A stretch of 64,000 nt of DNA from Lytechinus pictus (GCF_037042905.1 NC_087255.1:7378001-7442000), one strand, 5' to 3'; positions 40,501 to 51,025 are shown, counted from the stretch's first letter. Program-made: numbers and translations. Notes: generated by a model from the sequence alone, not told the origin.

Positions 40501-43500
40501 GCGTAGCTTTAGGTCCCCCATCATACACTCTCCTGTACATTTTTCATTCACACCATTTCTTACTTCTCCACACTGTGACATGCGCTATGGTGTATAATTA
40601 TGATTAAAATTGATACTTATTTTCATCTGATAACTCCTGACATAAAAGCGGTCGAAAAGTAGTCTGTCCCGGAATAATTCGTAACGCAAAATGGTTCTTC
40701 ATCAGAATCAGCATCAGAAGTCGACGTCAGGCTGGCCGGAGGTAAAGGTACCCATGAAGGTCAAATGGAGTTCCTCGTGGATGGTGTCTGGCGAAAACTC
40801 TGCGGTGAGGAAACGACTTTTCAGGAGGCTGACGTCTTCTGCCAATCGCTTGGATATGAACGGTCATTCGCTCTTGTCCAGGACGGCAGTGTATTTTCCA
40901 GCAGTGACGACAGAGACCCATTCTTTGACTATTTGGATTGTACTGGGTCAGAAGACAAAGTTACTAGCTGTAGAATGTTGCGTTCTAAAGAAGGGACGTG
41001 TAGTTCTCTGTATGGTGCAGCAGCAATATCTTGTGAGACAGGTTTGTGGAACACCCTCTAACGTTCTATATCCTTATGACAATAAATGAATGTGATAATC
41101 GATGCTTTATAATGTCTATAAAAAATACCTTTAAATTCCAGTAGCTCATTTGAAAGTAATTGTTATTGTAATTAGTCTACCTATTTCTTCATGGCCAATT
41201 CTTGTACAACCTAGGTAAAGACGACCTACCATTGTTCCCTATAAATAATAATTATGTACAAACCAAACTGTGACGTAAAGTTATGCTAATTACTCTTACA
41301 GAAACGCATAAGACACACTGAACATAACATTTATAAAGCAATTCAAGAAATTTGATTTCATTGCCATTGAGCTAGTATTTTTTTCTCCTAGATGATCCAG
41401 TCAATATTCGCCTCGTTGCTGGTCAAGAATCTTACGAAGGTCGCGTTGAAATCTTTTACGATGGATCCTGGGGTCCGATCTGTGCTTCGAAACCTTGGAA
41501 CATTGCCACGTCTGCTCTTGTTTGTAGCTTGCTCGGATACCATGATAAAAATAACATCACCTTCTTCGACGACGATCGCTATGGCGACCTGACCGATCCT
41601 GTCCGTTTCGACGAATTAGACTGTAAAGGTGTCAAAACCGCCAGTTCGATCAAGTCATGTCAGCTTCGTAAGTTCAGTGCTGGTTATTGTAGAAGCGGAT
41701 ACGCCAGTGTTCAATGTGACCAAGGTAAGTATCGTCAATACATGAAACTGTCAATATTATTTACATGTATGTAATTCTGATTTGCAATTAAGACCTACCG
41801 TTAAATACTTCCCCGGTGAAAGTCAATTTATACAGGATGGTTCATCCAAAAACAAATTTTAAAAATGCTAGTTGACGAATTGTTAGCTATATGAATGATC
41901 TTTTTTCAAATTGGTAATGGGACAAACTATCACTTGCAAAGCAATCTAGTATGGTTGCCATTCACAAGAAATTGAAAAAAAATAAACCATGTGAATTAAC
42001 CAAATTAACATATTCGTTTATTCAAAAAATGATAAAAGTATTGTGGGTCGGCTTAACAATTAACATTTTTTTAACCGACCAGCTTGCACGCAAGTATTTT
42101 ATGTGGGGATTACCAGTGATACGCGCAGGGGAATATGCGCAAAAAATAGGGACATCATTCCAAAAGACAAAAGGTACCAAATCATAGAATGTAACGAACT
42201 TTAACAAACCCTCAAGTTAAAGCAGTAGTTCGCACCTGCATGTTCGAGAGGAATGCAAAATTACAAGTTTTAACAACAAATCGTCGAAGTCGCCGATGAG
42301 ACTCGATAGCTTAGTCGGTAGAGCGGGTGGTTCGGATTCCGGTGACCCGGGTTCGAATCCCACTTGATGAGCTAGTGCCCTTTGGTAAGGCATTAATCAT
42401 CATTACCAGGTACTTTGAAAAGGACCTTAAGCTGTCGGTCCCCTGTTTGCTTGCTTACAAGCATTCATGCTTTCTTAGCAATTAGGTAAAAAAATATATC
42501 ACCACCACCACCTCTAAGATTCATCCAGTGTAGCTAGAGGCGGAAATAGTAACACATCCTCAACGCGGTCGGCCAATTTAAGGTTCGTTTGCCAAATTCA
42601 GGCTGCTACAACAGTTGCAGCGGCATTACCGATATAAGCGAGTTTTCCCACTCCCACGCAGAAAGAATTAAAAAAAACATCAAATGTATTGACAATGGAA
42701 GTCAAATTAAAATGGATAGCTGAGAGGTCTTTGTCGAAAATTGGTGAGCCGGGACAACAGATCGTCCTTAATTGAAAAATTGCAAATTTGTAGTTTATTG
42801 GGTCCAGGACGAAACTGCTGTTTTGATTCACCAATTTTCGACAAAGACTTCTGGGTTGTTCATTGTTATGAAGGACAGTTGATAATACATTCTCTATGTT
42901 TATGAAAGCCCTCTGCCTCGCGGTGCGGAAACTCCCTTTTAAAATTGAGATCTACAACCGGCCTTGGCGAGAATAAAGCCAGTCATCATGACGAAATACC
43001 TCCGTTTGAGAAGGCTATACCCCAGATCGTTTTCACCAATTCTCTTCTCCAACCACTATAATCCCGAACTGCCCCCAAGCAAGAAATTTAAGTATCAAAA
43101 CACCTGTTTCTTGACCTCGGTCTGAAGATAACGCGACAGCCCAGCACAGCAGGGGGTCACACACGATGGATTGCAACGTGTCTAAGAGCCTGCTATGGAG
43201 TTCCGTGTATACACGCGGTGAATGCATCGTGTGCGCAGCGCTTTAAGGGCAGTCCCTGCATGCAAAGCATAACCTAATTTTTATTCGCTTATTTTCCTTA
43301 TTTCGAGGTCGATTTTCTTCGTTCGAAATTGAAAAAGGACTAATATTGGATGTCTGAATACAATATGCCTTTGAAAACGTGATTAAATATCGAAGACAAT
43401 AATTTAATTCCGAAGTTCCTTCTTCAGGCAGAGAAGTCTTACGTAATAGCACAGCTGTTGTTTATCATTTCGTCCTTGGCTTTACTGGCCAGTGGAGGTG

Positions 43501-46500
43501 AAATTGAGACAACGGGGATTACCTGGCTAAGATGGGTTTATCGGGGCTTGGAAATGTTCAAATGAGAAATGAGAGTTTCAAACGAAAAATGGGGTCTATT
43601 ACCGCAGTTTGCGACCCCAACAGCGGTGAAACCCCAAACGGTGTATTTTCGTAATGATGACCGCGAGAGTGTTCGTGTGGAAGCGGAAGTTCCCTTGTGC
43701 TGATGTCGCACAGTTTTACGTAAGGCTGCGTTTTCCGTATTTGCGAAACCGTTTATAAACGAGAGTTAATCGAATACACAGACATAGCTTGCCATCGCAC
43801 CCCTGTCCGTGTATGCCGCTGAGCAAAACACGCTAATATTTCGACATCTCATCCAACAATCATAATATGTATCATAAATAAAACTTAACAAATTTTGTTC
43901 AGTTGTATTTCTAACGAAGACGTGAGCGTCAATAACGCTGATCTTCATTACGGCTCCATATACATTTAATAATGAAATAGATATATATCATTTAAACGCC
44001 AAAAGAACAGTTATGAGTAACTTGCTGAAGGTACACGGATTTGCAAGAAATATAAAACGTTACCCTTCGACATTGGAACACAGTATCAATAGGGCGACGT
44101 AATCTCACGTGTATATACGTACAAATCGGATTATTCAAGCCTCTGTTTCATGGGTTCAATGCTTCTTTGGATCCGCTCATTGCATCTGAATTAGCAGGGA
44201 CTTTCATATTAATCTTATATTCACATTTTAGCTTCGACCAAATCCATGCCAACATCCATCCAGACCACCCAGGCTGCATGGGCTGTGGCTACATCCCTTC
44301 GACAACAGGCGCAGACATACCCAACTACGACACCATTTATTGACGCGTTTGAAGGCAGTTCTCCTGACATTGATGGCACCGATCGACAATCCACTACCCT
44401 GACTACTATGATAGATGACGTGATCAATTCTACTTCTAATAATCGATCTTTTAATCGGGTAAATAATATAATGTGACTGCTCATACTGACTCCATGCATT
44501 GCTCGTTCCCATTTGTGTTTCTTTTCTTTTGTTGTATTCTCAATAGACTATGCTATAGGAATAAATAAAACATTTACGTTTCATTTCTTATAAATCAAAT
44601 GTCTCTAAGCTTATTGCCAATGAATTCATCTTAAAAAAACTTGACTCTTGTGGTGTCAGAGGTCTTGCCCTTAAATGGTTTGAAGATTATCTATCTAACA
44701 GAAGTCAATATGTGATGGTCAATGGTGTCAAATCCTCAATACAGCATCTCAACTGTGGTGTCCCTCAAGGATCTGTCTTGGGCCCTCTCTTGTTCCTTAT
44801 ATATGTCAATGATGTTATCAAATCTTCTTCTCTTCTCAAGTTTTCCCTGTTTGCCGACGATACTTGTGCACTCATGAGTAGCAGTAACATTAAAACACTT
44901 GTCTTGTCGGTAAACAGGGAAATAGCAAAAGTCTCTACATGGTTCAAAGCAAATAAATTAGCTCTGAATATAGCCAAAACAAACTATATTATATTTAGAT
45001 CAAGGAACAAGAGAGTGCCCCATGACCTACCACATATTATAATTGATAATCTTGTAATTTCTAAATTGAAGAATATAAAGTTTCTTGGAGTTACTTTTAA
45101 TGAGCTCATGGATTGGAGCATACACATATCAGAAATTTGTAAATCTTTATCTAAATATGTTGGTATCTTATATAAATTGAAATTCATATTACCTTCTAAT
45201 GTTTTAAATATTCTTTATAGTAGCCTTATCTTGCCACATCTGAATTATTGTAACTATATTTGGGGTAATACATACAAGTCACGCCTTCTAAAGCCATATA
45301 TCCTACATAAAAAAATCAATCCGGTTAATTGCAAAGTCTCATATGCAAAGTGCTAGTAAACCCCTTTTAAAAAAGATGAGTATTTTACCTCTCCATGAAC
45401 TAATTACTTTAAATACTCTAATCTCTATGTACTCAGTTAAAAATCACATTTTTCCATTGAAGTATTGCAATATGTTTTCACTCAATTCAAATGTTTATTC
45501 TTATGCTACTAGACAAAAAGATAATTTCCATGTTCCAAAAGTGAGACTTACTTCTTCTTTAAATTCACTAGCTTTAGTCGGTATAAAAAAATGGAATCAA
45601 CTCCCAATTTCACTAAAAAATTGTTCAACTCTATCCTGTTTCAAAAAAATGTGTAGGGCGTACTTAATGGAAAATCTATAAAACTACTAGGGTTTGTGTG
45701 TGTGTGTGTGAGGGTGTGTGTATGTGTGTATGTTTATACATTTATATATCTGCTGATAAAATTTGTGTTTTTCTTAGTTTTCTGTTTCTGATTGTGAATT
45801 ATGTCAATGCTATTGTTTTGAGGGCCATTCTCTACAAGCATTTTGCTTTTTTATGGTCCTAGCCATATTTTTTACCATTTGTTACATAACTATGTACACT
45901 GTTTGATTTGTATATACACATTTTTATGGTTGAATAAAATTGAATTGAATTGAATTGAATTGAAATATATTCATGATATTGGGTTCATGATGAGAATCGT
46001 ACATTTTGAAGAATGAATTAAGCCATTGAAGCTTGATTAACGTGCTTGCCGATTAAACGATTGATAACAACGTTTAATTTTGCTACTTTATTTTGTATTG
46101 AACAGAATCAAACATAAACCATGAAGTCCGTGCACGATCAATCATAGCCAAACTAACTGGTAAAGCTTTGGAAGTAAGACCTACTTTACAGGTCAGGGCC
46201 TGTTGTATAAAAGTTAATTTTATGGTAATATAACTTTTCCATCCAATGGTAACTTGACTGAAGTCCTTGATTCTGATTGCCTGCTTGATTGCAGTTACCA
46301 CTGGATGGCAAAGAAAATATACTAGTAACTTTTATGCAACGGGGTCCTGATTCATATTCAAATTCGTATCAATACATTTCCAACAGAAAAATAATACAAA
46401 ATCAGATCGAGGTCGGTTTTTATGGCGTAATGCTGTTTTTATCAATCCTTTCCTTTCAGAATATGAGTGAAATATGTATTTTGCTGAGTCCTAACCAGAA

Positions 46501-47192
46501 TATGTTACTTTACATTGGGTATGCAGTAACCATCGCCTGTATCTCGCTTACCTTACTGATATACGTGATCATTCGGTAAGTCTAATGTGACACTCGACTC
46601 CAAGTTCTATATTTCCTTTTTTTTAATGTCATAGCAAAATGATTTCATGATCGGATATCCTGTAGCATTGTTCTTACTGAGACAATGTTGAAAGAAATGC
46701 AGAAGTTTTCAGTACTCCTATTTTCGATCCATGATTTGGTCTCGTCAAATATTCAGAGATTCGAGCCTCTCACAATAATGCAGAAACGCCGGTTTTCAGG
46801 AATGATGTGAACATTGATCGGGTTCTTTTCTGTTAAAAGTTTATCCCGAAATTGATGAGCGCCAATTTAGTTATCTTGTCTTCCGCATCTTGGATAGGCC
46901 GCGCTGGATGTTCCAAAGCTACCGTCCAAAATGTCAAGAATAATTGTTAGGAAGTTTCTAATCATTTATTTAAAAAAAATATCAAAAGCAACATTCATTT
47001 CCTGATCCATTTTCTTGCTACCAGGATAAGTTTCTTGAAAATGCACTAAGCGTTGAAAACGGCCAGCCCTCGTCATGGAACATACGTCCATGCTCGGGCT
47101 AAAGCCAGAGTAGTAATATTAGTGAGTTCTTGAATATGATGGTGGTCTTCAAATCTCTCCAAATAAATGCCTATCAAAATTAGTTGTAGGCC

Positions 47193-47225
<33 letters not shown>

Positions 47226-50200
47226 CAGAAGTATTGTTGTTCTGGTTACCATAGCAAACTCAGACGGAAATTACTTGGCCTGATCGTGATTGGAGAGTGC
47301 GTCTCCTTAATCTGCTTCCATGTCTTCTTCCTCTGCGTCCTCACGGTTGACCGTTGGACAAGTAGCCCGGAAACGGAAGTTCTGCTGTGCATGGCTTTAT
47401 TGGCTGGTTTACAGTACTCAATCTTGTCATCTGCTAGCTTCATTACCATGCATGGTATAAGCTTGTACCTAGCTTTCGTGAAACACCTTCGAATCGATTC
47501 TCTCTCATACCTACGTAAAGGCACATTGTGGACACAAGGTACAGTCAAGTCAATTGGTTTTGACAGATTTTTTTTTCACTGAGTAAAGTTTGACCCATCA
47601 TGTCCAACCTTCCCCTAACATACAGTATTGCATAATGAAGTGTTTGGCGTTGTATCGATGGTAGTTACAGTATAGTAACAGTAACAATCGAAGTCCCATT
47701 CACATTTAAACATGGATGCTCAAGGATCTACACGGCACTGACAGAATGATCCGGCGTCTATATGTGACTGGGTCTTGGTGCTAATTTACAATTCTTATAC
47801 GATGAGACTCTTAAAAACACGTCAGATTTGAAGTGTTATAATCATTGTTGGATTTCCGAAGCCAATGGGGTCTTTTTTATCATTATGAATTATACAATAT
47901 AAATAGAGATATTTCTTCATCAGTGTTTGGAATTCCACCAAGATACATTATAAGCACTCAAAGACAATTGCCAAAATTTAATTGGAGAAAAATACTTATG
48001 GTGAATTGATAGGGGATAGGCCAATCCCAGACCGACTGCAACTATTTCGTTATGACCAATGCCAGATCGTTGGCCGGCTTGGAAAAAGTTTCTTCAGTGT
48101 AACCAGGCACAGTCACAATTAAAACGTTTTTTTTCTAATATTTCTTCAATTTCAAATTACAGGTTTGCCAGCCGCAGTAGTGGTTATGACATCAATAGGT
48201 GCTAAAGATACGTATCTTGCCACAGACAGGTGAGAATAACGTTAGGTTTAGTATACCTTCCCTATCTTCCGTTTTATTTTATTTTTTCAAATGCAGAGTA
48301 GAGAGTTTAGTTCGACGACGCACCACGTACTCAATAACATACACAAACTATTGTCAAATGCTCTTCATGACAAGGAACAACTGAGAAGTCTTTGTCGGAA
48401 ATTGGTGAATCAAACACCAGTTTCGTTTTGGACTCTAGCCAACCGACAATTTTTCTTCAGCTCCGAATTTTAGGACGAAAGTGCTGCCAAGGTACACTAG
48501 TTTTCGACAAAGACTTCCCAGCTGTTATTTGTTATGTGACGGGTTGCGAAAACGACTACTGTCCTTCAGACTCAATGATCATTCATTTGACTTAAAATAA
48601 TTTCTCTTAGACAATTCATTTCAAAATATATTTTGCGCTACTTTTAAAATGGGAAATGCTTTCTTTTATTTTCCTTTCTTCACTTCTTCAACCACTACTA
48701 ACAGGTGTTTCTTTGGTGTATGGTTCTTGGTAGGAGCCGTGCTACCTATAGCGGCTCTACTTTTCTTCGTGACTTTATACCTCTTGATAAGGATCAATTT
48801 TCTATCAACACCAGACCCTCAACGAGGGAAAATTGATTATGACCAAGGATTATGGCTTATGATCAGAGCGCCGGTGTGGATCACAATATCTGATTTCGTA
48901 CTTCTGTGCCTTTCCTTTACGTTTGGATATCTGTACGCCCTATCACCAATCCTGTACAAAGAATGGGTATTGGTGAGCTACTTAGTTTTCCAGGGAATTA
49001 TATTTGTTGTCTTGCATTGTATCGTTCCTTTGAATGTACGAAAAGAAATTAAAAGACTATTGTGGCTTGGACGGAGATGTCAGGGTAAAGAGTTGGAAAG
49101 GCGAAGGAATCTTCAAAACAACTCCCGAGGGCAGTTTGAACCAGAAAAAATGACAGTTCACCTCGGTGATCAAGACACTACCCAGGAGTCGAATAGTTCT
49201 TTTGATTCGCTTGGATCTGTATCTAATGGAGCCGATGGATCACCTTTGCAGAACAGGTCTGCCACTTTCACCGGTGAGACTTCCTCAAATTCATCTGGTG
49301 AGGCAGACGGTCTTTCAAGTCTTCATGCAGGATCTGACTCCGAAGGATATGGACATAGCGCAGAAGACAACTTCTCGGAAGAAGATGAGTCATCAACAAC
49401 AGACCATTGTCAAGAAAGGTCAAAAGATGACGCCTATTACATCACCAATGCAAACTCCGATTTAGTTGAGGTAATTATTATGGTGACTTGACCAGTTTCT
49501 CTGCATGACATAGGACATTGTTGATGTGCCAGTTTGATAGCAGCATATGAGAGAACAATTCGGTTTTACTGTAATACTAAGGTTCTCAACAACCTCTCAT
49601 TGTATAAAACACCTGAAATCGTAATGCGAGGAGATTGCGATTAAGATAATCGAGCAAATGTACTGGAAATCTTACTGATTCTCTTGCTGTGTGAAGGGAA
49701 TTAAGTCTCTGATATAGTGGTTACAATACTTCATATTTTTATTGGGTTGGGGCCAACACACATTCCATTTATTATACATTTAATATTAAAGTCAATTATT
49801 TCCTTACACACTGACACAGATCTCTTTCACCCGTCGAGGGCCTGGAACCCTTTCCAAACCCAAGGGGACGTCAACATCATCACGTCGCAAGATGAAGAAG
49901 AGGCTCAGGTTGGAGGAGAGGAACCCATTTGGAAGGTCATGTACGTGTACCAAACGCCACGATCTTTCAGAGCCATCAGATATCCAAAAGTATTTTGCTG
50001 GGTCAGGGAAATACTTCCTTAAGGTGAGGTATTCAGTCTTAGTGGATGGCAAGTTCTGTTTTGATATATCCAAAAGTATTTCGCTAGGTCAAAAGAACAC
50101 TACTCTAATGGTCTAATGGTTCCTATGGTGTCATCAGGAAATACTATGATTCACATAAGCATCTACACCTGCCAGTTTAATTTTATGCTTTTATATCGTC

Positions 50201-51025
50201 TTCTTCATAAACCAGAAATCTTGGAGATGCACCATATTTTATAAAGGAGGTTTGTCGTGCATAGTTAATTTTCAATTCTTGACACAATCGTAGATTTTAG
50301 TGTGTGAATATTTTCCCAGCTAACCCATGTAAGACTGTGTGGATGGTTCCAATAATATAGGTTTGCATGGGCCATTATGCCAACTACTATATTTTGGTAG
50401 ATTATATCGGTTACCAATCTACGTTTAAATTGGTCTAGGTGATCCCCCATCATTTACTCTTTGGTTACTATTACCTAGACACATTTATTGCATCATAGAA
50501 TTATCAATATGAAGCTCAATACATTATATTGTGAGTGATTTGATTCAAACAAATCTAATTCTCTTCGATCTCTTGCGACCAATCAATATAAAGGGCACAT
50601 CCCTGAGTGGAACTACGGAGCCGTCCGACCAGCCCAGTAAAACCACGAAACTGTCGACTCATCTGAATTACTTGAGAAGGAAACAGAAGGATGTCGGAGA
50701 TGAGAAGAGACCCTTCAGAAGGTCATGCCTCTGTTCAAGACCTGACCACTTCCAAACCAACAGCCTTGGTCTTAAGGTATCCTGTGGCTCGAAGGGTCCC
50801 AAGGTTCCGTATTACATCACCAGAGACAGGGTAGGACTGGGAAGGGACTTCGGTCCTGGAATCGTAGGACGAGTTTGTCATTCTACCTTGATAAGCTCGT
50901 CGTCTGATTGCAAGTCTAACGGCCTACAGAAAGAATCACCTGATGAGATCATCTTAATGTTCAGCAATGACTGTCCGATCACGGTTGACTCAAACGAGGA
51001 ACTGACAGTGGTTTCAGTAGTGTAA
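4539..51025 (+). CDS. Multi-exon gene: signal peptide + 6 SRCR + S/T stalk + adhesion/secretin-class 7TM receptor without GAIN/GPS (~1384 aa). join(4539..4599,5613..5966,9194..9511,24933..25256,39003..39335,40706..41041,41392..41724,44232..44458,46460..46575,47255..47538,48163..48229,48705..49470,49820..50023,50594..51025)
   Basis: Hand-spliced. All introns are GT..AG with compatible phases (1,1,1,1,1,1,1,0,2,1,2,0,0). Total 4155 nt = 1385 codons including the stop, with no internal stop. SRCR and 7TM motifs are recognisable. Confidence 0.85.
5613..5966 (+). CDS. Exon 2: SRCR domain 1
   Basis: tttgaag| ...[37 protein letters not shown]...[12 protein letters not shown]...AAVSCAH |gtaaat; 354 nt, 6 Cys. 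Confidence 0.9.
7108..7256 (+). mobile_element. tRNA-derived SINE
   Basis: A-box tggtctagtgg, B-box ggttcgaatccc, and an aaatgggtacc body shared with other copies. Confidence 0.75.
7395..8097. mobile_element. Tc1/mariner-like non-autonomous element with ~200-bp TIRs
   Basis: (c)agtgcgtatcaaaaa...ttttttgatacgcactg|ta; 7397-7590 mirrors 7900-8097. Confidence 0.75.
8617..8828. mobile_element. Partial Harbinger-like MITE (family of 60469..60734)
   Basis: cag|ggccccgtcttacaaagagttgcgattgatcc shared with 60469. Confidence 0.65.
9194..9511 (+). CDS. Exon 3: SRCR domain 2
   Basis: cgcag| [31 protein letters not shown]...[10 protein letters not shown]...YAGIACDA |gtaagt; 318 nt, 6 Cys. Confidence 0.92.
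9555..9905. mobile_element. Two tandem Harbinger-like MITEs (9555-9737, 9741-9905)
   Basis: tcataaagctg...cagctttatga TIRs; CTG before, between and after the units. Confidence 0.85.
10222..10402 (-). mobile_element. SINE with 7SL/Alu-domain-like head, B-box, gtctttcgga body and (AC)n tail
   Basis: Head GGGCGTTGTGGCGTGCGCCTGTAATCCAAGCTATGCGGG; B-box GGTTCGAGCCC; possible TSD CAGCAT (10216-10221 / 10403-10408). Confidence 0.75.
11146..13068. mobile_element. Harbinger-like non-autonomous element with a triplicated ~500-bp left arm
   Basis: 27-bp TIR agcccctttcacaattgacgtacgacc; TTA/CTA flanks; repeat units start at 11146, 11648 and 12160. Confidence 0.85.
13564..14149. mobile_element. TTAA-targeting (Kolobok-like) MITE
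   Basis: ttaa|aggtcaagtctaccc...gggtggacttgtcct|ttaa; same family as 25438..30388. Confidence 0.85.
15675..16092 (+). mobile_element. Two adjacent tRNA-derived SINEs (~15675-15900 and ~15947-16092) separated by (CAT)n
   Basis: B-boxes ggttcgaatccc and gttcgaattcc; both have the tttggcaa..acccaggtg..aaatgggta body. Confidence 0.75.
16326..20088 (-). mobile_element. L2/CR1-group LINE, near full length (copy 1); EN+RT ORF frameshifted at the 3' end
   Basis: ORF 17408..19762 has LNAQSV/TETWL/GDFN/SDH endonuclease and [14 protein letters not shown] motifs; YADD lies in a shifted frame; (TTA)n tail near 16326-16342. Confidence 0.95.
20118..20391. repeat. ~66-bp direct repeat (20118-20184 and 20326-20391)
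   Basis: cttcgtggtcacgcgtttactgaagaaagtcgctaaacctcgtggttttgcaattaaaccagtctttt occurs twice. Confidence 0.8.
20872..22645 (+). mobile_element. Gypsy/Ty3 LTR-retrotransposon relic: PBS, gag (20914-21827, one frameshift), protease and RT start; 3'-truncated
   Basis: tggtgactccg PBS-like site; VSLKIPPFW / [12 protein letters not shown] / CWYH..HG..A.KC..PC gag motifs; LVDTGA protease; [22 protein letters not shown]. Confidence 0.92.
24933..25256 (+). CDS. Exon 4: SRCR domain 3
   Basis: ttctag| [32 protein letters not shown]...LLCQSVGY...SISCDS |gtaagt; 324 nt, 6 Cys. Confidence 0.92.
25438..30388. mobile_element. TTAA-targeting MITE split by a 4-kb insertion with a 364-bp duplication
   Basis: ttaa|aggtcaagtccatccc ... 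ggggtggactcgtcct|ttaa. Confidence 0.85.
25864..29916. mobile_element. ~4-kb TIR element (cggccgcrggraacgtcac ends) with pyrimidine-rich interior and no transposase seen
   Basis: cggccgcagggaacgtcac at 25864 and gtgacgtttcccgcggccg ending at 29916. Confidence 0.7.
31261..32674 (-). mobile_element. RT C-terminal fragment of a different LINE clade (RTE-X-like, with CCHC finger)
   Basis: [15 protein letters not shown]...[12 protein letters not shown] and [14 protein letters not shown] in ORF 31372..32661. Confidence 0.85.
33758..37149 (+). mobile_element. CR1/L2-group LINE, EN+RT ORF intact except one TGA (35215-35217), nested in copy 2
   Basis: HVNINSL..ITESK..YRPPNS..SDH; [24 protein letters not shown]; AAAT/GAAT tail; TSD AATGGAC (33751-33757 / 37150-37156). 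Confidence 0.95.
39003..39335 (+). CDS. Exon 5: SRCR domain 4
   Basis: ttttcag| ...[45 protein letters not shown]...[13 protein letters not shown]...AAGLTCTS |gttagt; 333 nt. Confidence 0.95.
40706..41041 (+). CDS. Exon 6: SRCR domain 5
   Basis: catcag| ...[28 protein letters not shown]...[10 protein letters not shown]...[13 protein letters not shown]...AAISCET |gtttgt; 336 nt. An in-frame alternative acceptor lies 12 nt downstream. Confidence 0.92.
41392..41724 (+). CDS. Exon 7: SRCR domain 6
   Basis: ctcctag| [49 protein letters not shown]...LDCKG...ASVQCDQ |gtaagt; 333 nt. Confidence 0.95.
42295..42480 (+). mobile_element. tRNA-derived SINE
   Basis: tagcttagtcggtagagc A-box, ggttcgaatccc B-box, and ccctttggtaaggcattaatc body. 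Confidence 0.75.
44232..44458 (+). CDS. Exon 8: Ser/Thr-rich mucin-like stalk
   Basis: attttag| [14 protein letters not shown]...[22 protein letters not shown] |gtaaat. Phase 1 in and phase 0 out, which exactly bridges SRCR6 to the TM1 exon. Confidence 0.8.
44630..45963 (+). mobile_element. 5'-truncated CR1/L2-group LINE with (ATTGA)n tail
   Basis: [24 protein letters not shown], frameshift near 45310, tail at 45938-45963. Confidence 0.92.
46460..46575 (+). CDS. Exon 9: TM1
   Basis: ctttcag| [39 protein letters not shown] |gtaagt. The YIG..C..LTLL.Y pattern is typical of adhesion-GPCR TM1. Confidence 0.9.
47255..47538 (+). CDS. Exon 10: TM2-TM3
   Basis: ccatag| [26 protein letters not shown]...[33 protein letters not shown]...WTQ |gtacag. 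Resembles the class B TM3 pattern C...LHY..L..F.WM..EG..LY. Confidence 0.88.
48163..48229 (+). CDS. Exon 11: TM4 / ECL2
   Basis: ttacag| [23 protein letters not shown] |gtgaga. Contains the class B GxP TM4 motif; phases 1 and 2 fit. Confidence 0.88.
48705..49470 (+). CDS. Exon 12: ECL2 Cys, TM5-TM7 and acidic/Ser-rich tail (read-through of the donor stops at TGA 49491)
   Basis: aacag| [14 protein letters not shown]...SFTFGYL...[23 protein letters not shown] (class B QG..IF..HC motif); phase-0 donor GAG|gtaatt. Confidence 0.92.
49820..50023 (+). CDS. Exon 13: cytoplasmic tail (basic; [12 protein letters not shown])
   Basis: gacacag| ISFTRRGPG...YFLK |gtgagg; 204 nt, phase 0-0, open frame. 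Confidence 0.7.
50594..51025 (+). CDS. Exon 14: terminal exon ([12 protein letters not shown] ... TVVSVV*)
   Basis: ataaag| GTSLSGTT..., in frame with ORF 50531..51025. Repeats the exon-13 motif and ends in S-x-V. Confidence 0.7.
   Translation, partial: GTSLSGTTEPSDQPSKTTKLSTHLNYLRRKQKDVGDEKRPFRRSCLCSRPDHFQTNSLGLKVSCGSKGPKVPYYITRDRVGLGRDFGPGIVGRVCHSTLISSSSDCKSNGLQKESPDEIILMFSNDCPITVDSNEELTVVSVV

Noticed and set aside
42960-43800. GC-richer intron segment as possible GAIN-coding exons
   Set aside because: No + strand ORF with GAIN/GPS motifs, and it lies upstream of the stalk exon; probably TE-derived.
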